The notes under the pieces: generated by a model | Told to the model about the DNA's origin: nothing | The model's input: only the letters and a program-made list of their open reading frames with translations | The model's database searches: none | Assembly (NCBI GenBank): GCA_964016885.1 | Contig: OZ024748.1 | Span: forward strand, 36,828,001 to 36,892,000 | DNA: 64,000 nucleotides | DNA from: Eledone cirrhosa | Lineage: Eukaryota | Direction: 5' to 3' | Made by a program: the position numbers and the translations under genes | In this document: one piece after another, positions 40,561 to 53,900 of the stretch | Position numbering within the stretch: the first letter of the stretch is position 1 | Layout: every line of letters begins with the position of its first letter

Positions 40561-41084
40561 GGACCGGGCTTGACATAAGTGCCAGTCGGTATCTCCCGGA
40601 GAACTACGTTAAGCGAGAACGAATCTTGTAATTTTACAAGAAAGCTATTACAATGTTCAAACAATTGGAACAGTCATCGTTGGAACAGGTGGATGTCCAA
40701 CACATTATTGACAAACACTACACACTTAGAGGCTGATATAATCAAAATAAGGTGACATTATTACAGAATTGAACTACAAGTTCTATAAATAGCATTTTAA
40801 AAAATTGTGTTTTAGTCTCAGAAAAATATTTTAAAAAGTTTTTGAGACGCAGAAAAATATTTAGAAAAATGTTTTGCAGACCCAGAAGAATTTAAAAAAA
40901 AATTTGAGATAGGGAAGAATTATTTCAAAATTTTGAGACCTAGAAGAATTTTTTTTTAAATCTTGAGACCCAGACGAATTTTAGAAAAAGGTTTGAGACC
41001 CAGAATAATATTTAACAAAATATTTCTGAGTTGCAAAAGAAATTTAAAAAAAATGATTTTTGAGTTAGAGAAGAATTTCTTTTT

Positions 41085-41290
41085 TTAAATAAAAGGTTTA
41101 AAGGGTTTTCTAACACAGAAGATGTATTTTTAAATAAAGGGTTTTCTAACACAGAAGATATATTTTTAAATAAAGTGTTTTCTAACACAGAAGATGTATT
41201 TTTAAATAAAGGGTTTTCTAACACAGAAGATATATTTTTAAATAAAGGGTTTTCTTACATAGAAGATATATTTTTAAATAAAGGGTTTTA
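41085..41290 (+). repeat. 40-bp tandem repeat (5 copies) just 3' of the gene A stop; a diverged ~33-bp repeat precedes it at 40810-41040
   Basis: AAAGGGTTTTCTAACACAGAAGATRTATTTTTAAAT-type units. Confidence 0.85.
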
Positions 41291-41295
41291 ATGTC

Positions 41296-41486
41296 TCAGA
41301 ACAAAGTTAAGAGAGAACAAGTATAATTGTTATATTGAATTGCGAAACACACTGGATCTGATATACAACCCAAAGAGCAGGAAATTGGAGAGATAGAGTA
41401 AAAGTCGGAGAATGATTTGATATACACGTGTGAGTTCCATGTCAGTAGAAAGTCGGTTGATCTCCTGAAGAAGGTTTCTTGCTTGT
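41296..41486 (-). CDS. gene A terminal exon: PAN/Apple-like domain
   Basis: strong acceptor ttttcattttcttcttcacAG, phase 1; KQETFFRR..SCSLGCISDPVCFAIQYNNYTCSLLTLF*. Confidence 0.75.
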
Positions 41487-41575
41487 CTGTGAAGAAGAAA
41501 ATGAAAATAAAGAATGGAAGCTTACAATTTAATTGAGTATGCATATATGTGTGGCATATATATGTTAGTAAATAC

Positions 41576-41744
<169 letters not shown>

Positions 41745-41795
41745 GTATCAGAAAATGAGGTATAAAAAAAACGAGATGTCCCACACGGGTGAAAG

Positions 41796-41908
41796 AAAAT
41801 GAAAATGCAACTGGAGTCTTTTAAGAATATTTATTTATTTACTTTACCGGCTCCCAGTTTTCAAGTAAATAAATACTCTTAAAAGACTCCAGTTGCATTT
41901 TCAATTTC
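41796..41908. repeat. fold-back palindrome (~45-bp arms) between microsatellites
   Basis: GAAAATGCAACTGGAGTCTTTTAAGA / TCTTAAAAGACTCCAGTTGCATTTTC. Confidence 0.85.
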
Positions 41909-41929
41909 TTTTCCTTATATATATATATA

Positions 41930-44648
41930 ACCATCGCTGGACAAGAACTGACAGACAAAACCATTTTGATATTACTATGGGATCATCTGATTCAGCTCAG
42001 GTAACAGACCTCGTTGGATTATTTATTATCAATGTACTGCATAGAAAAATCCCAGAGATGACCGGAGGTTTATATCGTGACGATATGTTACTTTTAATCG
42101 AAAACCATAGCAATAGTGAAATTAATAGGAAAAAGAAATCCATAATACAGTTTTTCAACAACTACAACCTTAATTTAGAAATCGAGAATAATTATAAAAT
42201 CGTTAACTTCTTAGATGTAACTTTAAACCTTAGCTCAGGTCTTTATTATCCATTCCATAAAATTAATGAAAATCTAAATTACGTAAGTTTCAATTCTAAT
42301 CATCCTAGAAATATAAAAAAACACTATTGTCAATAGCGTCCAGCAACGGATTTCACGCATCTCTGCTAATAAAAATATTTTGATAATAAGGCAGAATATT
42401 ACAATGAGGTTTTACATAGAGCAGGATACTCGAATAAAATTAAATACTTAATAACATGCTAAATCGTCCTAAAATTCATTATAATAATAATAAGCAATTC
42501 AACTTAAATAATAAACGAAACAAAAAAACTAGAACTAGAAATATTATTTGGTACTCTCCCACATTCTCATTAGGTGTTAAAACATCTGTAGCAAAACTAA
42601 TTTTCAAAGCACTGGATAAGTGTTTTCCTAAAGCCCACAGATACCACTCTATTTTTAACAGACTCACTATAAAACTATCTTACTCTACTACTATGAAGAT
42701 AGCACAAAACATAAATAGAATTATTAATAGAAACTAAAATTTAAACCTAACCAAACACACCAAAATAACAATAATAATATTTCTAATAACAATATTCATA
42801 CTAATAGTACCGTTTCTAGTAACAACAACTCCCGAAAATGTAACTGTAGAATTGAATCAAACTGCCCTTTACAAAACAACTGCTTAGACAAAAACTTAAT
42901 ATATAAATGCACAGTAAAAACTAGAAACAAAATATTTAACTATATAGGTGCCACTTCTACAAAATTCAAAGAACGCTGGTATAATCACAAACATACATTT
43001 AATAGGTCCGTTAAAAAATCTTCCACTTCACTTTCACATCTAATTTGAAATTTAAAGGACAATAATATAGACTATTCAATATCTTGGGAACGATTTCGAA
43101 AGCACCTGCATACCGAAATATGGCTTTCTCAAGAATCTGTCATTTGTGTATCGATGAAATTTTTTATATACTTAACTGTCAACATTCTATTAATTTAAAA
43201 AGCGAATTATTCAGTACTTGCAGATATCGCCAAAGATCCACTTTCCGAAGTATTTTTAATCTATAATATTCATTACACTTGACTACATCTTATACATCTT
43301 TAAAATGCTTCTGTTGTTTAGTGAGGTTTTTTTTTATTTAAAAAAAATTTTTTAATGATCTTTTTCTTCTTAAATTTAATATTTTTACAAATGATATTCT
43401 TTTTCTAATGATACTCTTCATAATCTATTTTTTTTAGATTGATATTTTTTTATTTTTAGATTGATTCTTTTTAATTGATATTCTGAAAGATATCCTCTTT
43501 ACGATAGCTCTTCTAAATGCACTCTTGACTTATCTAATAATATATTTTTCCTCTCTTTAATTTTTAAAATGTTCACACATCTTTCGACGTAGATAATTAT
43601 CCAAATACATATATAATTGAAATTCTCATCCTTGAAAACATGTAATATAAAATACCTTATAATCTCACACAAAATAATATATAATTTCCGCATTTTCTAA
43701 GAAAATTATTCATCAAATCTAATATTAGTAGTTTAACAAATAATATTGGAGTTATCTTTTCCTTTACAATTGAGCAAACATAGACATAACTTGAATGTTA
43801 AATTCTATGTAATTTCGCTAACTTAATAATGTTCTGTAAATATTTTCAATTTTTGGTGAAACTATTTGAATCTACAAATTGTTCTCTTAAAATTTGAACT
43901 ACGTCTTTTTCTTAAATATATATTTAAAATGTAAAATCAACATCCTTCGTAACTCATATTAGAAATGTAAACAAATTAATACGTGTGTTTTATATGTGTA
44001 TAATCACCAATAATATTTATATTTATACACTTATTAATCTATATAGATATTTATATACTTACATATTGTAATATAATAAGATAAAATGTACTTGAACCAT
44101 AATTCTTCATATAATCTAATTGTAATGATTACATATATAATATTATAACTCATGATTTAGCTAAATATTTTTTTAATTCTCGATTGATATTCCACTACTC
44201 CAACACACTTTTAATTTTTAACGTTTCAATCTTTTTGAATGCACGTATATATATATATACGTGCGTATATAAATACAAGCTTTACTTTCTTTCTTCTTCC
44301 TATTTGTACATATATACACCCTAATAATTATTTAAATCTACCTAGCGTCTAAAAATAAAAAAAATTTCAACCCTATACCTCAACCTCATTTGCATATTCA
44401 TCAAAATAATTTGAAATATTTGTTTTTTTTTCTTCTCTTCCTCGTTTTCCCTTTTTTCTCTTTTTCTTTTCACTATCCAGGTGAAACATGAACCGTTAAG
44501 GTCTCATTCCTGGATATGTCAGTATTTATAAACCAAACTTTATATTTTATCTGATGAGTGCGTACCAAAGTTTTGGTACCCTTGAAATATATATAATAGA
44601 ATAAATATGGTTTTATAAATATAGTTTCCATTTATTAATATCATTGAT
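41930..44648 (+). mobile_element. Penelope-like element (probably Naiad clade), 5'-truncated and decayed: RT, GIY-YIG endonuclease, 3' pLTR
   Basis: TMGSSDSAQVTDLVG, GLYRDD, VNFLDVTL, SNHP; CNCR..CPL..C..LIY..YIG..FKERWYNH..CHLC..N.KSE; hammerhead near the 3' end. Confidence 0.88.
44543..44603 (+). ncRNA. hammerhead ribozyme in the PLE pLTR
   Basis: tattttat-CTGATGA-..gtaccaaa/tttggtac..-GAAA-tatata-TA-atagaata. Confidence 0.8.
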
Positions 44649-44707
44649 ATATATATATTTATGCATGTATACACACATATATGTTTGTGAACATGCTTAT
44701 ATACACA

Positions 44708-44790
<83 letters not shown>

Positions 44791-44921
44791 TCGTGTATGT
44801 ATGGTAACTGAATACATAAAACGATAATATAAACATGAGGTTTGTGTCATATAAGCTGAAAACATATCTAGATTAACTTGAGAGACAAACAACACTGACC
44901 AGTTAAGTTGTATTGATATAT

Positions 44922-45028
44922 AATTGATTCTACGTTTGGCACAAGGCCAGCAATTACCCAGAGCATTACTGGTACTTTATTTTATCGACCCCGTAAGGAT
45001 GAAAGGCAAAGTTAACCTCGGCGGGATT
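44922..45028 (-). mobile_element. tRNA-SINE 3' part
   Basis: reverse complement of 3780-3890. Confidence 0.8.
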
Positions 45029-45789
45029 GATATATAATGTATATCCATTGATATATAATGCATATCGGACAAAAATGACGAATGAGTTATTCCGGAGGGT
45101 GGTAAGATGCGCTGAGTTTTCTTTAGAGAACTTCATCTTGCAGATAAGCCATCCAATGCACGAACAATTCTCTAAATCCATCACCGTCTTGGTACTTTAT
45201 TATCGACCCAGAAATAAGGATTTATGATTTAGACAAACAATTAAGGGGGTCGAGGATCGATTAAATCGACCCCAGTGCGTTACTGGTACTTTATTATATC
45301 GACCCAGGAAGGAACTAAGGAGGCAAAGTTGATTACTATTTCTCGCAGATCAAGCAATATCCCGCTCCGTTAAAAAAATATTGATTGTTAATATATAAAA
45401 AAAAGGAACGACGGACTTTCGTCAAATCGGACCGAGGAAACAATGTCTCCATTGGTCTTTTTAATTGCTAATACTATCTATCGGACGCAACTCCATTAAA
45501 ACTTCAGAAAACGATATTTTATAAGGTATTAAATGGTGTGTGTTGGGGAGGGGGGTCGTGCAGGTATTTTTCTGTGTTTGTCCTTTAAGCAAGTTGTGTT
45601 GAAGAAAACAACAGAGAGGAAAGGAGAGAAAGTGCAAGGATTGTTAAGCAACGAAAGAAAGGGTGAAGGGGAGAAGGTAACATACTCTACACCCAAGTCA
45701 GAGTGGTGTTTCGGCTGCGACCCATTTTAAAAATATAATCATTTTATAAAATTGTAGAACTCAATCAGCTGTTATTATAAATAGCAAAA

Positions 45790-45907
45790 GTCTGAGTTTA
45801 AATCCCATCGAGGTTAACTTTGTGTCTCATCCTAATGGGGTCGATAAAATAAAGTACCAGTACCGTACTGGGGTAATGGCTGGCCAAAAGTAGAAACAAT
45901 TATAATT
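45790..45907 (+). mobile_element. tRNA-SINE 3' part
   Basis: GAGTTTAAATCCC..GGGGTCGATAAAATAAAGTACCAG..GTAGAAACAATTAT. Confidence 0.8.
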
Positions 45908-46116
45908 AGCAAAATATAAGCTGATATGAGCGGAAGAACAGTGAGAGAAGAAGGGAAAGAGCGAGAGAAACAGAGAATAAACAAAGCAAAATATATTTAC
46001 TTTCTATGAAGTAGAATTTGTATAAGAATTTTAAATCACATGTTTTGTCATTTAACACTGGGAGCTGGCTTCGATTGTTTTCCATGAAAAGAACTAAAAA
46101 ATAAATAAAATATTCA

Positions 46117-46155
<39 letters not shown>

Positions 46156-46258
46156 TAATAAAAGGAATTCCAACTTTGTCCGATTTACTCGTTTTATTTA
46201 CAATCCTTTAAAATTATAATGATATTATATGGTAGAATATTAAATATTAAGTGTTAAT

Positions 46259-46297
46259 TGAACAAGTACTTTCATGCTTTCGCAATCTTCAGGTTCA
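46259..46297 (-). ncRNA. minimal type I hammerhead ribozyme
   Basis: tgaac-CTGAAGA-t-tgc(gaaa)gca-t-GAAA-gtac-TT-gttca. Confidence 0.75.
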
Positions 46298-46630
46298 TAT
46301 TCAGTGGTGACAGTCAAGTTTGCAATTTTCAACTGTAATGAGATGGATAAATTCTGTGCCTTATATACAGTAAAAAGGGGCTACAGAATGCAAACTGTAT
46401 TTCGACCAATCGGTGTGTAGTTTCACTAGATTACTAAAGCTGATCGGTTTAGGTGTCACGGTTGGTTGAGCAAGTCTAACGACTTCTATTTGACCCTATC
46501 CAAAGCATCAATTGTTTTGCTATTTCTAGAAATGATGAAAATAGCATTTTCTAGGGTTTTTATAAAAAATCTTCAGTAATAATTCCTTTTATTAATATAA
46601 TCTTCTATATACAATCATACACACCCGTGT

Positions 46631-46754
<124 letters not shown>

Positions 46755-47094
46755 TCTGAAGACGGCATATATGTGTGTTTGGTATGTATATTTAATCTTG
46801 ATAGTTTGTATAATTTTGTATAATTTTGTACATAGATCTGTTGAATATGCATACCAATTCTAACACATATATATCCTAGAAACGATCGTTAAATAATGAA
46901 CTTTTTTTGTTTAATATACGGAACTGTTTCATTGTTTTATTCATTATTTGTTTAATATTTTATCTTGACTCTGTATTCCGTTTATCTTTCACCGAAAGTG
47001 ATTTTTCATTACATCTCTTCTTTCCATGATATCCGGAATACATTGAGTTCTTCATACGGATTGGACACTACCGTAAACTTTTGGTAGATTTATC

Positions 47095-47168
<74 letters not shown>

Positions 47169-47224
47169 TATATATATATAATAAGTATAACTGAGTAAAA
47201 GGTAACTCCGTCATCCGTATTTTA

Positions 47225-47690
47225 TAGAATAAGGAAAAGCGAAGTAGTTTCAGATGTTCAAGTCCTTTAATAATAATGCTGTGATATATCTGACTGCCAC
47301 AGTCGGGATGGGTAGCAGTAAACTATGGTACAGGCCTAGGTGGGCCATTGTTTGGCTGAGAGGGTGAACTGACTAAGCGAATTTCGTTGAAATCTGCGGT
47401 AGCTAATGGTCAACTTCCTTCGGACATGCGCCTGCGCAGACCGGTGGGGGTGAATTGGTACTCACAGAGGAACGGATGAAGAACCCAAAAGCACACACTT
47501 CATCCGTTTCCATGTCGATTCAATTTGGATTGCCTCGGAAACATAACCTTATTATGTAACAAGCTGTCTGATGATGTCACGACACTCGCACACAAAACAG
47601 TGTGGCCAGTGTCGTCATTGGAATATATATCACAGCATTATTATTAAAGGACTTGAACATCTGAAAGTACTTCGCTTTTCCTTATTCGAT
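47225..47690. repeat. inverted repeat (~65-bp arms, ~335-bp spacer) between (TA)n tracts
   Basis: GAATAAGGAAAAGCGAAGTA..GCTGTGATATAT and its reverse complement at 47625-47687; CTGATGA in the spacer at 47568. Confidence 0.85.
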
Positions 47691-47770
47691 ATTTACTCCG
47701 TCACTCCTATGTGGAAAAAGTACGTTGAGTGGTTGAATTGAATTGCATCAATGTTTACCCTAATAATCAT

Positions 47771-47771
<1 letters not shown>

Positions 47772-47866
<95 letters not shown>

Positions 47867-48063
47867 TGTGTGTGTGTGTCAGTGTGTGTTTGAGCAATAA
47901 AAACAGAAGTCAGGTGTAGGTAGAGAGTTAGTTCATTGTTTTACGATCGTTTCGGAGGGTCGGTTGATCGGTGGAGATCCATGTATTTATTACCATGGTA
48001 GTGGTTAAGTCACTACCTGTTTTTAGTCTCGAAAATCCGATCAGAAACGCTATGTATGATGTA

Positions 48064-48155
<92 letters not shown>

Positions 48156-48338
48156 AGTGTGTGTTTGAGCAATAAAAACAGAAGTCAGGTGTAGGTAGAG
48201 AGTTAGTTCATTGTTTTACGATCGTTTCGGAGGGTCGGTTGATCGGTGGAGATCCATGTATTTATTACCATGGTAGTGGTTAAGTCACTACCTGTTTTTA
48301 GTCTCGAAAATCCGATCAGAAACGCTATGTATGATGTA

Positions 48339-48399
<61 letters not shown>

Positions 48400-48400
48400 T
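47772..48400. repeat. tandem duplication with 275-bp period (unique ~185-bp unit plus (TA)n(TG)n)
   Basis: 47880-48065 is identical to 48155-48340. Confidence 0.92.
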
Positions 48401-49189
48401 TGTGTTAAATTTTAATTTTAATCTTAATTTTAATTTTAATTGTAATTTTAATCTTAATAATTTTTAATTCTTTATATTTTTTATTTATTTTATTTTTTAC
48501 TTATTTTTAAAAATTACTTTTTTTTTTAAAATTACTTATCTCTTATAAAATATTAAAAAAAAAGAATTTTCCAGAATTTTAAATATTTTTTCAATATCTT
48601 TTATTAGATTTATAAACACTAACTAATTCTGGCTAAATATATCTTTAACATTTATACTTATTTTGACAAAATAGTCTCCTACTAACGAATAAATAAACAA
48701 AACTGGAGTTTTTTCCGTATCTTCCCATTTTAAAATATATAAACATAAATATTCTTATTAACTCAGTTAACTTAATTTAATTTAACTTACTATTTACTTA
48801 CATTAAATACAAAACCAATATCTCTCATAACTCATTAAAACAGTTATCTATAACACAATATACAAATCTATTCATTTATTTATCTATTTATCCATTTATC
48901 CATTTATTTATTTATTTATTTATTTTTTATTTTTTATTTATTTAATTATTTTTCAAATCTATTCTTCTATCTATTTATTTTTCTATCTACTTATAACAGT
49001 AAATATTATATTAGAAAATAATTTTAACTAATAAATCGTAAATACACGTACCATTGAATATATTTCCCCCAAATTACGTTATATGAGTTTTATTCATCCT
49101 CTTGTTAATTTCTTCTCTCAATCTCTCTCGTAATATTTTTTCCCCTCTCTCTTTCTCTAGTGTCATTTAAATAAACGGTTGTTTTTCAA

Positions 49190-49425
49190 TTATTTACATA
49201 TTCATTTGCATATTCACACATAAGTTTGAATAATCCCTAATATATTTCCACTATCCAGTGAATTTCGAACCAATAAGGTATGATTTTCATGGGTATGTCT
49301 CTATTTATAAAACAAACTTGGTATTTTATCTGATGAAAGCGTACCAATGTTGTCTTGGTTGCCCTTGAAATATATATAATAAAATAAATATGGCTTTATA
49401 AATATAGTTTCCATTTATTTAATAT

Positions 49426-49430
<5 letters not shown>
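49190..49430 (+). mobile_element. second pLTR of the same PLE group (AT-rich UTR probably extends from ~48400)
   Basis: colinear with 44385-44648 and ends at the same ..AATATCATTG(TA)n boundary. Confidence 0.8.
49322..49386 (+). ncRNA. hammerhead ribozyme
   Basis: tattttat-CTGATGA-..accaa/ttggt..-GAAA-tatata-TA-ataaaata. Confidence 0.78.
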
Positions 49431-49481
<51 letters not shown>

Positions 49482-49529
49482 TATAACATATGTCCATAGA
49501 ATCATTTGATAAGATATATATATATATAA

Positions 49530-49713
49530 GGTAAGTTATTCCGGGTTGAATCGGAGGTAACTACAGTAAGTAAGGTACTCAATACATAGTAGAGTATAAA
49601 AGTTTTAATATAGATGAGATTCTACAGGACAAGAACTGATTCATTCTTAAAAAATCTTGATTTCTCAAGAATGAAACAGTTCTAGTCCTGTAGAATCTCA
49701 TCTATATTAAAAC

Positions 49714-49714
<1 letters not shown>
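49530..49714 (-). mobile_element. fold-back mini-element (palindrome 49601-49714 plus tail)
   Basis: AGTTTTAATATAGATGAGATTCTACAGGAC / GTCCTGTAGAATCTCATCTATATTAAAACT; GAAAC..GTC in the arm; tail GTATTGAGTACC on the minus strand. Confidence 0.8.
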
Positions 49715-49783
<69 letters not shown>

Positions 49784-49813
49784 TATGTATATATATTTAT
49801 GTCTATCTATCTA

Positions 49814-49869
<56 letters not shown>

Positions 49870-50344
49870 TAATTTTAGCAAGATCGTATTTCGGCTTTGG
49901 TCAAAAACAAAGCGAAACGCAATTTTCGGGATATGCGGAAAGCGCTCAATGGATTAACAGAAGACCAGAGCAATTAACATACGTTATAGAGGCCATACAA
50001 ACTGAAAATGGCGGTCATGAAGCTATCAGCCACTGGAGCCAAAAATACGAAGCAAGCCAAACAGGTTAAACAAAAGAATTTACCTGGATCTCCTGGAAAT
50101 TGATGATGTAATCCAGCGGGAGGTTTCTGTGACAGCTAAATCAATTATACTGCCTGCTTTCATTGTAAGCTTTTTGTATAAGGATCGAACAAGGCTGCCA
50201 TTTCGTCAACAGGTATTTTGTTCTCAGACGGGGAGCGGGTTTCCATGCATTAGTAGTGTTGGAGTGATTACCCCACGTGTTTACCATGCAAGGGAGGTAA
50301 CCCCGGTTTTGGTGGATGGATTCAGAATGTGTAAAATTATTGTA

Positions 50345-50410
<66 letters not shown>

Positions 50411-50606
50411 TTATATGAGGGCATCCGCATACTCACATACGTTAAGTTTGAGCTTCTCTATTTGTTTCAAACCACGTTGCGGACCATGTTTCTGTTTACC
50501 TGATGGAATATATTTGGCACACTGTGACTGTATTTCAGACACCAGGTCAGACACGGCGCAAAATCTCCCCCCCCCCTGCTAGAAAGAATTAGAAATGTCT
50601 ACTTAC

Positions 50607-50834
50607 ATCTATTAACTCCAACGTAATGCCAGGAAGTACCAAGTTGTAGAGAGGTGTCGTTAGACGTATAATTACTAAAGATGCAAGTACTTGATTGGGT
50701 GTTGTAGGTGATAGTAGAGCATGTGGAGTTATCATAACAGGTAAATAGACAATCAACGAATGATAGAACTTGTGCAGGTAAGGAACTGTGTTGCTGAAGA
50801 AGAGCACCATGTACGATATGCAGTGAACAATCTT
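50607..50834 (-). CDS. gene A internal exon: PAN/Apple-like domain
   Basis: acceptor gtttttcattgtgtttacgcAG, donor GTAAGT, 228 bp, phase 1-1; DCSLHIVHG..FVDCLFTCYDNSTCSTITYNTQSSTCIFS..SWHYVGVNR (frame absent from the ORF track). Confidence 0.78.
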
Positions 50835-50995
50835 CTGCGTAAACACAATGAAAAACACGACAGTAAACTATACATTAAAACAATTATATAATACAATGTA
50901 TTGTAACAAGTAAAATTATTTATAATCCATTATCATTATGAATGTGTATATGTCAGGGGAATAAAATATGGTATGGTAAATAAATATATACATAT

Positions 50996-53900
50996 ACACC
51001 AGGTCCGAACACAGAGGAACCAAACTCCCACTGTCACTGCCTCTGTCTCTCCCACTCTCTCATATTACACCAGGTCCGAACACAGAGGAACCAAACTCCC
51101 ACTGTCATTGCCTCTCTCTCTCCCACTCTCTCATATTATACCAGTTCCCAACATAGAGGAACCAAACTCCTACTGTCACTGCCTCTGTCTCTACCACTCT
51201 CTCATATTACACCAGGTCCCAACACAGAGGAACCAAACTCTCAATGTCACTGCCTCTGTCTCTCCCACGCTCTCATATTACACCAGGTCCCAACACAGAG
51301 GAACCAAACTCCCACTGTCACAGCCTCTGTCTCTCCCTCTCTCTCATACTACACCAAGTACCAACTCAGAGGAACGAAACTCCCACTGTCACTGCCTCTC
51401 TCTCTCCCACTCTCTCATATTACACCAGGTCCCAACACAGAGGAACCAAACTGCCACTATCACTGCCTCTGTCTCTCAAACTCTCTCATCTTACACCAGG
51501 TCCCAACACAGAGGTACCAAACTCCCACTGTCACTGCCTCTCTCTCTCCCACTCTCTCATATTACACCAGGTCCCAACACAGAGGAACCAAAGTCCCACT
51601 GTGACTGCCTCTGTCTCTCCCACTCTCTCATATTACACCAGGTCCGAACACAGAGGAACCAAACTCCCACTGTCACTGCCTCTGTCTCTCCCACTCTCTC
51701 ATATTACACCAGGTCCTAACACGGAGGAACCAAACTCCCACTGTCACTGCCTCTGTCTCTCCCACTTTCTCATATTACACCAGGTCCGAAAACAGAGGTA
51801 CCAAACTCCCACTGTCACTGCCTCTGTCTCTCCCACTCTCTCATATTACACCAGGTCCTAACACAGAGGTACCAAACTCCCCCTGTCAATGCCTCTGTCT
51901 CTCCCACTCTCTCATATTACACCAGGTCGCAACACAGAGGAGCCAAACTCCCACTGTCACTGTCTCCGTCTCTCCCACTCTCTCATACTACACCAGGTCC
52001 CAACACAGAGGAACCAAACTCCCACTGTCACTGCCTCTGTCTCTCCCACTCTCATATTACACCAGGTCCTAACACAGAGGTACCAAACTCCCACTGTCAC
52101 TGCCTCTGTCTCTCCCATTCTCTCATATTACACCAGGTCCTAACACAGAGGTACCAAACTCCCACTGTCACTGCCTCTGTCTCTCCCACTCTCTCATATT
52201 ACACCAGGTCCTAACACAGAGGAACCAAACTCCCACTATCACTGCCTCTGTCTCTCCCACTCTCTCATATTACACCAGGTCCCAACACAGAGGAACCAGA
52301 CTCCCACAGTCACTGCCTCTGTCTCTCCCACTCTCTCATATTACACCAGGTCCCAACACAGAGGAACCAAACTCCCACTGTCACTGCCTCTGTCTCTCCC
52401 ACTCTCTCATATTAGACCAGGTCCTAACACAGAGGAACCAAACTCCCACTGTGACTGCCTCTGTCTCTCCCACTGTCTCACATTACATCAGGTCCCAACA
52501 CAGAGGAACCAAACTCCCACTGTCACTGCCTCTATCTCTCCCACTCTCTCATATTAGACCAGGTCCTAACACAGAGGAACCAAACTCCCACTGTGACCGC
52601 CTCTGTCTCTCCCACTCTCTCACATTACACAAGTTCCCAACACAGAGGAACCAAACTCCCACTGTCACTGCCTCTGTCTCTCCCACTCTCTCATATTACA
52701 CCAGGTCCCAACACAGAGGGACCAAACTCCCACTGTCACTGCCTCTGTCTCTCCCACTCTCTCATATTAGACCAGGTCATAACACAGAGGAACCAAACTC
52801 CCACTGTCGCTGCCTCTCTCTCTCCCACTCTCTCATATTACACCAGTTCCCAACACAGAGGAACCAAACTCCCACTGTCACTGCCTCTGTCTCTCCCACT
52901 CTCTCATATTAGACCAGGTCCTAACACAGAGGAACCAAACTCCCACTGTGACTGCCTCTGTCTCTCCCACTGTCTCACATTACATCAGGTCCCAACACAG
53001 AGGAACCAAACTCCCACTGTCACTGCTTCCGTCTCTCACACTCTCTCATATTAAACCAGGTCCAACACAGAGGAACCAAACTCCCACTATCACTGCCTCT
53101 GTCTCTCCCACTCTCTCATATACACCAGGTCTGAACACAGAGGTACGAGACCCCCACTGTCACTGCCTCTGTCTCTCCCACTCTCTCATATTACACCAGG
53201 TCCTAACACAGAGGAACCAAACTCCCACTGTCACTGCCTCTGTCTCTCCAACTCTCTCATATTACACCAGGTCCTAACACAGAGGAACCAAACTCCCACT
53301 GTCACTGCCTCTGTCACTCCCACTCTCTCATATTACACCAGGTCCTAACACAGAGGAACCAAACTCCCACTGTCACTGCCTCTGTCTCTCCCACTCTCTC
53401 ATATTACACCAGGTCCCAACACAGAGGAACCAAACTCCCACTGTCACTGCCTCTGTCTCTCCCACTCTCTCATATTACACCAGGTCCCAACACAGAGGAA
53501 CCAAACTCCCACTGTCACTGCCTCTGTCTCTCCCACTCTCTCATATTACACCAGGTCCCAACACAGAGGAACCAAACTCCCACTGTCACTGCCTCTGTCT
53601 CTCCCACTCTCTCATATTAGACCAGGTCCTAACACAGAGGAACCAAACTCCCACTGTGACTGCCTCTGTCTCTCCCACTCTCTCACATTACACCAGTTCC
53701 CAACACAGAGGAACCAAACTCCCACTGTCACTGCCTCTGTCTCTCCAACTCTCTCATATTACACCAGGTCCCAACACAGAGGAACCAAACTCCCACTGTC
53801 ACTGCCTCTGTCTCTCACACTCTCTCATATTACACCAGGTCCCAACAAAGAGGGACCAAACTCCCACTGTCACTGCTTCTCTCTCTCCCACTCTCTCATA

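Noticed and set aside
43046-43048. In-frame TGA in the PLE endonuclease as possible selenocysteine (reported for some Naiads)
   Set aside because: It falls at the usual Trp of the IW.LK motif rather than a Cys, and the copy has other frameshifts
50589-50858. 89-aa ORF given in the track
   Set aside because: The real coding frame is a different one, bounded by splice sites at 50607-50834
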